From contig JAFYJD010000009.1 of the NCBI GenBank assembly GCA_017538255.1, forward strand, positions 13,428 through 77,427: a stretch of DNA of 64,000 nt, in the 5' to 3' direction. The notes beneath the pieces were generated by a model. The model was not told the DNA's origin and searched no databases. It was given only the letters and a program-made list of their open reading frames with translations. The DNA comes from Clostridia bacterium. Lineage in GTDB: Bacteria > Bacillota > Clostridia > Christensenellales > CAG-138. Position numbers and translations under genes: made by a program. This document shows positions 8,301-14,686 of the stretch, piece by piece; positions within the stretch are counted from its first letter, which is position 1; each line of letters begins with the position of its first letter.

Positions 8301-9230
8301 GCGGTTGCCGCAAAGGGCGAAGAAGCCGCAGAGTTCATTTGCCGCATCGACACATTCCGCGTGTATCATCCGCTCGGATCGATGCCATGCCAAAACAACG
8401 CAGCCGCTCTGGAATACTGCGCGGCGCACGAGATGAACGCCGAGTACGTTAAAGTAAGGGACGTCATCCTCGGCGGCATCGAGAATATCGGTAATGCCGC
8501 TGTGAACGGCTTTGGCGGCGCGATCTTCATCGATTACGGCCGCACAGACGATCAGACAGGCAATCTCCAAGAATCGCACTTCGCTCCCGATGATCCCGAT
8601 TCCTTCACCGCTATGGAGTACGCTCTGCTTGGACCGAACAACGAGATGTACCTGCCCGCCGATGCTAATTTCACGTTCAATGTTGCCGATCCGTACTTGA
8701 TCGCCAACCTGCATTTGAGCGCAAAGGCACTGACGGGCGACGCTGCGCAGATGGAGATCACCTATCTGTACAGCGACGCGAGCGGCAGGCAGGAGGTCGT
8801 GTTCACAAGGGACGTGCTCTCCGCGACCGAGATGTACTATGATATCGGCCGTGTAAACGCGGAAGGCGCGCTGCTCGTTGATGACGACCTCGTGGGCATC
8901 AGCGTCAGGTGCACCGCGGGCACGCTATCGCTGATCAACATAAAGACCGTCTATGACCGCTGCGAGGAAGAAGAACCCGTTATCGAACGCGGTATCGTCG
9001 GCGATATCAACACGCTTGAAGCGGCGAATGTCGTCGCGTTCGGCGTCAGGGGCGATGTGAACTTCGACGGCGGGATCGACATTGTTGACGCGATCACGGT
9101 AATGCGCGCCGCGCTCGGAATCGAATGCCTCGGCACCTCGGCACGCTACTGCGCTAACATCGACAGAAGCGATGCGGTCGACTCCGCGGATGCCGTCTGC
9201 ATCATCCGCTATGCGCTCGGCATCGATTGA
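5340..9230 (+). CDS. Secreted cellulosome-like protein: signal peptide, two cohesin-like modules, ~870-aa unassigned region, C-terminal dockerin
   Basis: Signal peptide MKPQTIKFKLIAGLLALAMMLSLISVPTIA. Two ~151-aa repeats (GEQFNVVVSISGSYQAHGLTLNFPFDEDAFEFVSVSKGAVL / GEQFDVVVSISGSYQMHGLALNFPFDENNFEYVGVKKGAVL) have a cohesin-type pattern. The C-terminus GDVNFDGGIDIVDAITVMRAALGI...NIDRSDAVDSADAVCIIRYALGI is a duplicated dockerin Ca-binding segment. Confidence 0.8.
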   Translation: MKPQTIKFKLIAGLLALAMMLSLISVPTIAERREPIRPQSRSVQFVVTAPSRVECGEQFNVVVSISGSYQAHGLTLNFPFDEDAFEFVSVSKGAVLRNDVQEHGGQALLSYSYNSAEGKEILSLGVAMTDAAQPMTMEGELFTLTLMAKTEAADGAYTMAPDITKLVYMPSVTAINIPYTVLPATVSIGMINEAVFNVSTLNNVERGEQFDVVVSISGSYQMHGLALNFPFDENNFEYVGVKKGAVLTDDAQAQGGMVNLSYEYNATAKKNLLVLGVVMPNPNRPMTMTGELFTLTLKAKTDAASNAYTMAPVVTEMTYIPDSEVLDVEHNVIPATVTVGSFPEIAYEGANGTRIVLGKDAYLTEDGTYTVDLSAYAVGTEIVAQNTATDMDRFSSITDRIGENFDLPDDFADNLDNYVEMYLAMVDSAAMKAEGSTDLTDVKNWIFKNPVKYNDAITKIAADADNAAIESLLYPQTGSSFHPGINFDASTGNVTILGFRWDEIGWNCGMSGTDFNGRRLIVRIKGLTAKENTVPANDIPIDLNGFSGMKQNWRDAIPASLETANGSELLLFPESTVKIREKGIVYDYGLRLVGSDLTGFFAEEGCANDVQRLLSIDYMYEAQRKQNAVNYHGTYPYSGAKGRNIDGDPIVYGDDISYEDDVFKIGFMINGNEIGEHTPQPAYGENAVVCYFEPHSVSRGDLAAAALLELTGTQTDVFGNDIKRYEWCKLNVIPASNVLYEAEQGVDDSNPIVLGNKREKLEGSFGIFYSGRERSNGSWAATAAWSVDGDALTDSTQEHYNRLYGYDPVYNGQLAQYASGAAMKVNVGETLYRLVNQGNAQWPVAKFTFEGTGFSFNTVCSLYSGIFAVDVVPHGQPASTETGDAGTSLHTFVNTRYYGAAEENFNETGILTIDADTLYQVPVMRHANMEYGVYDVYITPVYYPAWAEIHGGSKGADTLKDGQIITGFPGLEAKNYTVVNAVNNGGAAVAAKGEEAAEFICRIDTFRVYHPLGSMPCQNNAAALEYCAAHEMNAEYVKVRDVILGGIENIGNAAVNGFGGAIFIDYGRTDDQTGNLQESHFAPDDPDSFTAMEYALLGPNNEMYLPADANFTFNVADPYLIANLHLSAKALTGDAAQMEITYLYSDASGRQEVVFTRDVLSATEMYYDIGRVNAEGALLVDDDLVGISVRCTAGTLSLINIKTVYDRCEEEEPVIERGIVGDINTLEAANVVAFGVRGDVNFDGGIDIVDAITVMRAALGIECLGTSARYCANIDRSDAVDSADAVCIIRYALGID
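5455..6360 (+). repeat. Tandem duplication (period 453 bp) encoding the two cohesin-like modules
   Basis: The identical 32-mer atgttgtagtaagcatcagcggctcatatcag occurs at 5518 and 5971. Flanking sequence is similar but diverged. Confidence 0.85.
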
Positions 9231-9249
9231 CGGAAAGGACGTTTACCTA

Positions 9250-9537
9250 ATGAAAAAACAATACATTAAACCCGAAGTTTACTGCGAGAGCATTGAACTC
9301 AAAAACATACTGACGAGCGTCTGCTCATCCGAACTGCCTACGGAGCCCTTTGAGATCGGCGGTTTCTCGGACGATCCCGAAGCGGAAGAGGACCCTGTAT
9401 CCAAGTTCCTGTTCTTTGACTACGAGATGGGCTGCACCACGATCATCACGCTTAATAACGTCGAAAGCGAACTCGGCGACAAACACTACTGGTGCTACCA
9501 AAACCCCAGCGATGCAACCAGGATATTCACGTCCTGA
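9250..9537 (+). CDS. Small acidic Cys-containing hypothetical protein (95 aa)
   Basis: ATG at 9250 lies ~10 nt after GGAAAGGA and 20 nt after the stop of the upstream gene. Sequence MKKQYIKPEVYCESIELKNILTSVCSS...GCTTIITLNN...HYWCYQNPSD. Followed by a strong terminator. The longer track ORF (9172) overlaps the upstream gene. Confidence 0.5.
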   Translation: MKKQYIKPEVYCESIELKNILTSVCSSELPTEPFEIGGFSDDPEAEEDPVSKFLFFDYEMGCTTIITLNNVESELGDKHYWCYQNPSDATRIFTS

Positions 9538-9561
9538 CGGTATACGACTCAGATTTTCAGC

Positions 9562-9591
9562 AAAAGACCGTCCCGACAGGGACGGTCTTTT
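9562..9591. terminator. Bidirectional terminator between the small ORF and htrA
   Basis: Perfect hairpin aaaagaccgtccc-gaca-gggacggtctttt with A/T tracts on both sides, between convergent genes. Confidence 0.8.
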
Positions 9592-9616
9592 GCAGTTATT
9601 TGGATCGAATGCGAGA

Positions 9617-10957
9617 TTACGGGCGCTGATACCCGTAGCCCGAGGAATAGTCCGTGGCTCTGCCGAGTGTAACGGAAACGGTCTTTTCCACGTATTCGTT
9701 GTTCTTGATGACCTGAAGGGTGATCTCCACAGTCTCGCCCGCACGGTAGTATTTAAGGCGGTTTTCAAGGTTTGCAAGGCTCGTAACCCGTATGCCGTCA
9801 AAATGCGTGATGATGCTTTTTGCGCCGATCCCCGCAAGTTGGGCGGGGGAGCCGCTGCCCGTGCGCGTTACATAGATGCCCTGCGGTATGCCGTATGCAG
9901 AGGAGATGTCCGCGGTGATGTCCTCGCCGCTGACGCCCAGATACGACGCCTCGGCGTCCGAAACGCGCTCACGCGTGGTGCGGTTCATAAGATCCTCGAT
10001 TATAGGCGTTGCGGGGGTGATCGAGATCGCATAGCCCATTCCCTCGATATCCGTGGAACTGAACTTCGCGGAGTTGATGCCGACGACCTCTCCCGCCATA
10101 TTTAAAAGCGCGCCGCCGGAGTTGCCGGGGTTTATTGCCGCGTCGGTCTGGATCATTATCGCGTCCGCGGTGTCGATCCTGCGGTTGAGCGCGCTGACGA
10201 TGCCCGTAGTAACGGATTGACCGTAGCCGAGCGCGTTGCCGATCGCAACGACCTGCTGACCGACTTTGAGCGTGTCGGAACTTCCGATCCTTGCCTGCTT
10301 TATCGCGGCGGTGGTACTTTCCTTGATATTTGAAAGTTTGACGGCAATGACAGCAAGGTCGTTGTCGGGGTCGGTGCCCTTTACCGTCGATTCGCAGACC
10401 TCATCGTCCACAAAGCAGACGGAGAGCGTGGTCGAATCTTCAACAACGTGATTGTTCGTAACGATCAAAAGTTCGCTCTCGTTCGTGCCGATGATGATGC
10501 CCGTACCGCTGCTCTGCTGTTTTTCGGTGCGCTTTTGCCCCCTGCCGAACAGCCCAAAATAGTCCATAACCTCCTGAACGCTGATGTTCGTGATCGACAC
10601 CATGCTCGGAAGGGCATCCTCCGCGATCGCACTCACATCGAGCACCGAGGACTGCGTGGTGCTCTGCGTTTGTGGCGCCGTCGAGATCACGCCTTGATCG
10701 GCGGCGGGCGTGCTTATCACGCTTTCGGTGGGCGACGGATGCTCGCTCTTTTGCGCCGAAGCGGAACCGCGCATCGACAAAAGCGCGTTTACGCCGGTGA
10801 ACGCCGCCGCGGCAGCCGCGCCGAATAAAAGGCCGCAGAGTATCAGCGACAGAACAAGTTTTAAGCCGCTGCGTTTTTTTGTACGGGTGCTTCTTAGGAC
10901 GGCATCGCCACCGTAATAGAGCCCGTTGGTATCGGTTTTATTATCGTTTTCATACAT
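9617..10957 (-). CDS. htrA: Membrane-anchored HtrA/DegP-family serine protease with PDZ domain
   Basis: N-terminal TM helix, catalytic motifs TNNHVV, DLAVI, GNSGGALLN, and a C-terminal PDZ-like region. AAGGAG lies 10 nt upstream of the ATG. Confidence 0.9.
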   Translation of the reverse strand: MYENDNKTDTNGLYYGGDAVLRSTRTKKRSGLKLVLSLILCGLLFGAAAAAAFTGVNALLSMRGSASAQKSEHPSPTESVISTPAADQGVISTAPQTQSTTQSSVLDVSAIAEDALPSMVSITNISVQEVMDYFGLFGRGQKRTEKQQSSGTGIIIGTNESELLIVTNNHVVEDSTTLSVCFVDDEVCESTVKGTDPDNDLAVIAVKLSNIKESTTAAIKQARIGSSDTLKVGQQVVAIGNALGYGQSVTTGIVSALNRRIDTADAIMIQTDAAINPGNSGGALLNMAGEVVGINSAKFSSTDIEGMGYAISITPATPIIEDLMNRTTRERVSDAEASYLGVSGEDITADISSAYGIPQGIYVTRTGSGSPAQLAGIGAKSIITHFDGIRVTSLANLENRLKYYRAGETVEITLQVIKNNEYVEKTVSVTLGRATDYSSGYGYQRP

Positions 10958-11078
10958 AGCGAATCATCTCCTTATCGTTGGATTCTATCAGTATTTTATC
11001 CAATAATCTTAAATTGCACTTAAAAACTTTCGGGTTTATGATATTTTCAATAGATAACGTCCTTTTAGGCTCGGACGC

Positions 11079-11107
11079 TTGACACGGTTTCGGCGCTTTG
11101 ATAAAAT
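11079..11107 (+). promoter_or_regulatory. Sigma-A-type promoter
   Basis: TTGACA (11079-11084), 17 bp, TAAAAT (11102-11107). Confidence 0.55.
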
Positions 11108-11170
11108 CATTTGAAGACGGCGCTTTTGCGCCGCAGGACGGAATGATCTTTGCGGAAAGGGGTAAGAATA

Positions 11171-11854
11171 ATGAAGATACTCGTTTTTAATGGCAGCCCC
11201 AAAAAGGAAAACAGCGACGTTATGCACATAACGCGCGCGTTCCTCGACGGGATGGGAGAGTGCGGAGATCACGAGATAGCCTATATAAACGCGATCGAAA
11301 AACATATCGAATACTGCAAGGGCTGTTTTACCTGTATGCATAACGGCGGCACCTGCGTTTATAACGACGATATGCGGGGCATACTCGAACAAATACTCGA
11401 AAGCGATCTGCTGCTTTTCAGTTTTCCGCTGTACTGCTACGGTATGCCCGCGCCTCTAAAAGCGATCATCGATCGCATACTGCCACTTTCGTCGATGAAG
11501 ATGAAGAAGGTGGGCGAACGCTACCTTCACGTTGGGCAGGCGGATTTTTCGCATCTGAAATATGTTATGATCTGCGGCTGCGGCTTTCCGAACAGCAAAC
11601 ACAATTTCGAGCCCGCCGCGGCGCAGTTCAAACTGATGTTTCCAACAAACCACACGATCATAACCGTGCCGGAAAGCCCGCTGTTCGCCGCCGAGGGAGC
11701 CGCGCCCGTTACATTGCCGAGGCTGGAACTTGTTAAAAAAGCGGGCAGGGAGTACGCCGAAACGGGGCGCATCGATCCCGCGCTGATCGAAGAGATAACA
11801 TCACCGATGATCCCAGAGGAGCAGTACGCGGCGATAGTAAACGGCGGCGTATAA
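11171..11854 (+). CDS. Flavodoxin-like NAD(P)H-dependent FMN reductase / iron-sulfur flavoprotein-like protein
   Basis: MKILVFNGSPKKENS is a typical FMN-reductase N-terminus. The compact Cys motif YCKGCFTCMHNGGTC (CX2CX2CX6C) resembles Isf-type proteins. ATG at 11171 follows AAAGGGG. Confidence 0.75.
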   Translation: MKILVFNGSPKKENSDVMHITRAFLDGMGECGDHEIAYINAIEKHIEYCKGCFTCMHNGGTCVYNDDMRGILEQILESDLLLFSFPLYCYGMPAPLKAIIDRILPLSSMKMKKVGERYLHVGQADFSHLKYVMICGCGFPNSKHNFEPAAAQFKLMFPTNHTIITVPESPLFAAEGAAPVTLPRLELVKKAGREYAETGRIDPALIEEITSPMIPEEQYAAIVNGGV

Positions 11855-11958
11855 GCGCCGCGCCAAACAAGAACAATATATCTTGAAGAGGCTTGGGAAA
11901 AAGCGGTTTTTTGCATCTTAATAATTGAAGACCGTTAAAGATAAGGAAACTTACTTAT

Positions 11959-12057
11959 ATGAAAAAGGCCATTTGCATCGCGCTTTTATTGATATGCGCC
12001 GCCTTTATGGGCTGCGCCGAAGAACTCGCGCAAAAGCCCCGCCTTCAATGCATATGA
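11959..12057 (+). CDS. Possible 32-aa lipoprotein-signal-only micro-ORF (or gene remnant)
   Basis: MKKAICIALLLICAAFMGCAEELAQKPRLQCI has a clear lipobox (FMGC) but only 13 residues after the Cys. AAGGAAAC lies upstream. Too short for the ORF track. Confidence 0.25.
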   Translation: MKKAICIALLLICAAFMGCAEELAQKPRLQCI

Positions 12058-12095
12058 TCGCGGGCTTTGCCAAGAACACGCGGGGCATAATGATA

Positions 12096-12124
12096 TTGTA
12101 CAAAACAGAATACCGTGATATAAT
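12096..12124 (+). promoter_or_regulatory. Sigma-A-type promoter of the DUF975 gene
   Basis: TTGTAC (12096-12101), 17 bp, TATAAT (12119-12124) with TGa extended -10. Confidence 0.55.
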
Positions 12125-12155
12125 CATACCGGCACAATGAAAGGGGGCTTTATAA

Positions 12156-12875
12156 ATGTATCCAAGAGCAGCAATAAAACAGCGGGCAAAGAGCAGTTTC
12201 TTCGCAAATTACTGGCCGCTCGTCGGTCTGTTTTTGATAGTGTCCGTGCTTGCCGGCAGCAGTTCCGGCAGCGCGTTCAGCGGTTTTTCAAACGGCCTGA
12301 GACTCAGATCTACAGATTTGGACTCCGCGCTCGAGATAAGAAAATGGATCGAGACCTACAAACCCGTGATCCTGAGCGTCGGCGTCGCGGCGAGCGTGAT
12401 AGCTGCGGCCTATTCCGTGTTCGTCGGCAATATCATAATGGTCGGCGCAGCAAAACTGGGGCTCAACGCCTATCGCGGAGAGAGGGTACACATACTCGAT
12501 ATCTTTACATTTTTCCGCTCCGGCAAAAAGTATAAAAACGCGCTGCTCACTATGCTTATAAAAGACCTGTTTATTCTTATCGGCTTGATGTTGTTCATCG
12601 TTCCGGGCATAATCGTCGCGTTTGGGCTTGCGCAGGTAGAGTACCTGCTTGCGGACGGCGTTGACAGAAGCCCGATGGAGATCATCAGAATGTCGTGGGA
12701 AATTATGCGCGGTCGCAAAGGGGACTATTTTGTGTTCACACTCTCGTTCATAGGCTGGATTCTGCTGACGGGGCTGACGTTGGGCATCCTCGGCATTTTC
12801 TTCACCAACCCCTATATAAGCATCGCGGAAGCGGGTTATTACGACAACATCATCACATTCGCGCCTGCCGAATAA
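12156..12875 (+). CDS. DUF975-family integral membrane protein
   Basis: MYPRAAIKQRAKSSFFANYWPLVGLFLIV... with multiple TM segments, as I recall for DUF975 proteins. Confidence 0.7.
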   Translation: MYPRAAIKQRAKSSFFANYWPLVGLFLIVSVLAGSSSGSAFSGFSNGLRLRSTDLDSALEIRKWIETYKPVILSVGVAASVIAAAYSVFVGNIIMVGAAKLGLNAYRGERVHILDIFTFFRSGKKYKNALLTMLIKDLFILIGLMLFIVPGIIVAFGLAQVEYLLADGVDRSPMEIIRMSWEIMRGRKGDYFVFTLSFIGWILLTGLTLGILGIFFTNPYISIAEAGYYDNIITFAPAE

Positions 12876-12886
12876 AACACACCATA

Positions 12887-12919
12887 TTCCGGCGGGGCAA
12901 CTCGCCGGAACGGGTTTTT
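12887..12919 (+). terminator. Terminator after the DUF975 gene
   Basis: ttccggcg-loop-cgccggaa hairpin, then cgggTTTTT. Confidence 0.6.
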
Positions 12920-12923
12920 GAGG

Positions 12924-13088
12924 ATGAAAAAGTTTATTCCATACACCAAACTGTCAAAGAAAAAACGAAGAGCTCTCGACAGGCTGAAACGGGGCTCGTG
13001 GGAGGGCGTCGACCCGACCTCGCGGATAAAGCAAAGCGCGAAGGTCTATGACCGAAAAAAGCAAAAACGCGGCGATTTTGAAGAATGA
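12924..13088 (+). CDS. Small basic hypothetical protein (54 aa)
   Basis: MKKFIPYTKLSKKKRRALDRLKRGSWEGVDPTSRIKQSAKVYDRKKQKRGDFEE. It resembles small conserved Clostridia proteins I recall (unverified). An A/U-rich hairpin follows at 13091-13110. Weak points: GAGG abuts the ATG, and no own promoter is visible. Confidence 0.4.
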   Translation: MKKFIPYTKLSKKKRRALDRLKRGSWEGVDPTSRIKQSAKVYDRKKQKRGDFEE

Positions 13089-13099
13089 TCAAAAAACGC

Positions 13100-13128
13100 T
13101 TGCGTTTTTTTGCGCCAAGTGTTATAAT
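13100..13128 (+). promoter_or_regulatory. Sigma-A-type promoter driving the preQ1 riboswitch leader
   Basis: TTGCGT (13100-13105), 17 bp, TATAAT (13123-13128) with TGt extended -10. Confidence 0.6.
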
Positions 13129-13152
13129 CCACTTCGTCCGAACAGGGCAAAC

Positions 13153-13192
13153 GGGTGTCTCTTGAAAACCACCCGAACAAAAAAACAAGGAG
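13153..13192 (+). promoter_or_regulatory. preQ1-I riboswitch (SD-sequestering pseudoknot)
   Basis: GGGUG-UCUCUUGAAAAC-CACCC-GAACAAAAAAACAAGGAG has a 5-bp P1, a loop ending AAC, and an A-rich tail ending in CAAGGAG. Loop CUUG can pair with tail CAAG. It closely parallels the Thermoanaerobacter preQ1-I aptamer (CUGGGUCGCAGUAACCCCAGUUAACAAAACAAGG) and sits directly upstream of a YhhQ-type gene. Confidence 0.75.
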
Positions 13193-13204
13193 AACAGAAT
13201 ACCT

Positions 13205-13924
13205 ATGAAACGGACTTTTTCCGATTTCCGCAATCTGCTGCACACAGTTCCGCCGCTTATTATGACGCTGATGATCCTCTCCGTAGTCGGGATGAATCTT
13301 CTTGCAAATAAAAGCATAAATACGGGTGTTGACTGGCTGGCGCTCGATTGCGGGCTTCTTTTTTCGTGGCTCACATTTCTTTCGCTTGATATTATGACGC
13401 ATTGCTACGGACCGCGCGCTTCGTCGATGCTTTCCGTCGTCGCGCTCGCGCTCAACCTTTTTATGGCGCTCGTATTCTTTATCGCAAGCCGTATCCCGGG
13501 CGTTTGGGGAGAGAGTTTTGTGGAAGGCTCCGAAACGGTGATAAACCGCGCGCTCGACGGCACATTCGGAGGCACATGGTACATCATCCTCGGCAGTTCC
13601 GTGGCGTTCATCGCTTCGGCGCTAATAAACAATTTTCTTAACTTCGCTATCGGCAAACTGCTTAAAAAACAATTTGACTTCGGAACTTTCGCGCTGCGCT
13701 CGTATGTTTCAACGTTCATCGCGCAGTTCGCGGATAATCTTATCTTCGCGCTGATCGTCAGCAGGTTGTTTTTCGGCTGGTCGCTGCTTCAATGCTTCAC
13801 CTGTGCGCTGACTGGCGCGGTGCTTGAACTGCTGTTTGAGGTATTCTTCTCGCCGATAGGGTACAGAGTATCCAAAAAACTTATGACTTCACACCGCGAG
13901 GCGTTAAAGAAAGGCGAAATATGA
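13205..13924 (+). CDS. yhhQ: Queuosine-precursor transporter (YhhQ/VUT, DUF165 family)
   Basis: Polytopic membrane protein with YVSTFIAQFADNLIFALIV and N-terminal LLANKSI..LDCGLLFSWLTFLSLDIMT, typical of YhhQ. It is preceded by the preQ1 riboswitch. Confidence 0.85.
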   Translation: MKRTFSDFRNLLHTVPPLIMTLMILSVVGMNLLANKSINTGVDWLALDCGLLFSWLTFLSLDIMTHCYGPRASSMLSVVALALNLFMALVFFIASRIPGVWGESFVEGSETVINRALDGTFGGTWYIILGSSVAFIASALINNFLNFAIGKLLKKQFDFGTFALRSYVSTFIAQFADNLIFALIVSRLFFGWSLLQCFTCALTGAVLELLFEVFFSPIGYRVSKKLMTSHREALKKGEI

Positions 13925-14568
13925 CTGTTTTGATAACTGGGAGCGCAAACGGTATCGGCAAAGCGACGGCGGAGCGCTTCTTGGCGGGCGGCTATACGGT
14001 GCACGGCATTGATATAGAGGAAAGTGCGATAGCGCACCCAAACTATCATCATATCCTGCGCGATATCAGAAGCGATATTTGGGACGATGTACCCATGCCC
14101 GAGATACTTATAAACAACGCGGGCACGCTTAAAGAAAGCGATGCGATAGGCGTAAACCTTGAGGGCACGATGCGCTTGACGGAGTATTTTAAACAGAGCC
14201 CGATATTGAGATCGGTGCTGTTTATCGCATCCGCTTCGGCACGCAACGGCGCGGAGTTCCCGTACTACGCAGCAAGCAAAGCGGGCGTGGTTTGCTATAT
14301 GAAAAACCTCGCGCTCGAACTATCAAAGCGCGGGACGACGGTGAACAGTATTTCGCCGGGCGGCGTTATAACGGACGCAAACAGGCATATCCTGGAAAGC
14401 GACGAACTCTATTCCGCCGTTAAAGCGGAGACCCTGCTCGGCAAATGGGCGGAGCCGGAGGAGATCGCCGAACTTGCGTATTATCTGACGGCGGTAAACC
14501 GCTCGATAACGGGCGAGGATATCCTCGTTGACAACGGCGAGATGCTCAAATCAAACTTCATCTGGTGA
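13921..14568 (+). CDS. Short-chain dehydrogenase/reductase (SDR) family oxidoreductase
   Basis: TGSANGIGKA (TGxxxGxG), NNAG, and the YYAASK catalytic YxxxK. The ATG overlaps the yhhQ stop (ATGA at 13921-13924). Confidence 0.85.
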   Translation: MTVLITGSANGIGKATAERFLAGGYTVHGIDIEESAIAHPNYHHILRDIRSDIWDDVPMPEILINNAGTLKESDAIGVNLEGTMRLTEYFKQSPILRSVLFIASASARNGAEFPYYAASKAGVVCYMKNLALELSKRGTTVNSISPGGVITDANRHILESDELYSAVKAETLLGKWAEPEEIAELAYYLTAVNRSITGEDILVDNGEMLKSNFIW

Positions 14569-14590
14569 AGCGCCTTTCGGCGCTTTTTTT
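14568..14590 (+). terminator. Terminator after the SDR gene
   Basis: aagcgcc-tttc-ggcgctt hairpin followed by a T-run. Confidence 0.75.
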
Positions 14591-14686
14591 CGTCGAAAAC
14601 TCGGGATTATCTTCCAAAACCGAGAATAATCTGCTATAATATCTATTTACAGGCGCGGCGCGATCGCCGCCGCCAACGGAGGTAAA

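Noticed and set aside
9172-9249. N-terminal extension of the small ORF in the track (121 aa)
   Set aside because: The extension overlaps the 3' end of the dockerin gene. The ATG at 9250 has a proper RBS.
11925-12140. 71-aa track ORF MKTVKDKETYLY...
   Set aside because: It has a poor RBS and an odd composition. The alternative frame with a lipoprotein signal (11959-12057) explains the region better, and even that is low confidence.
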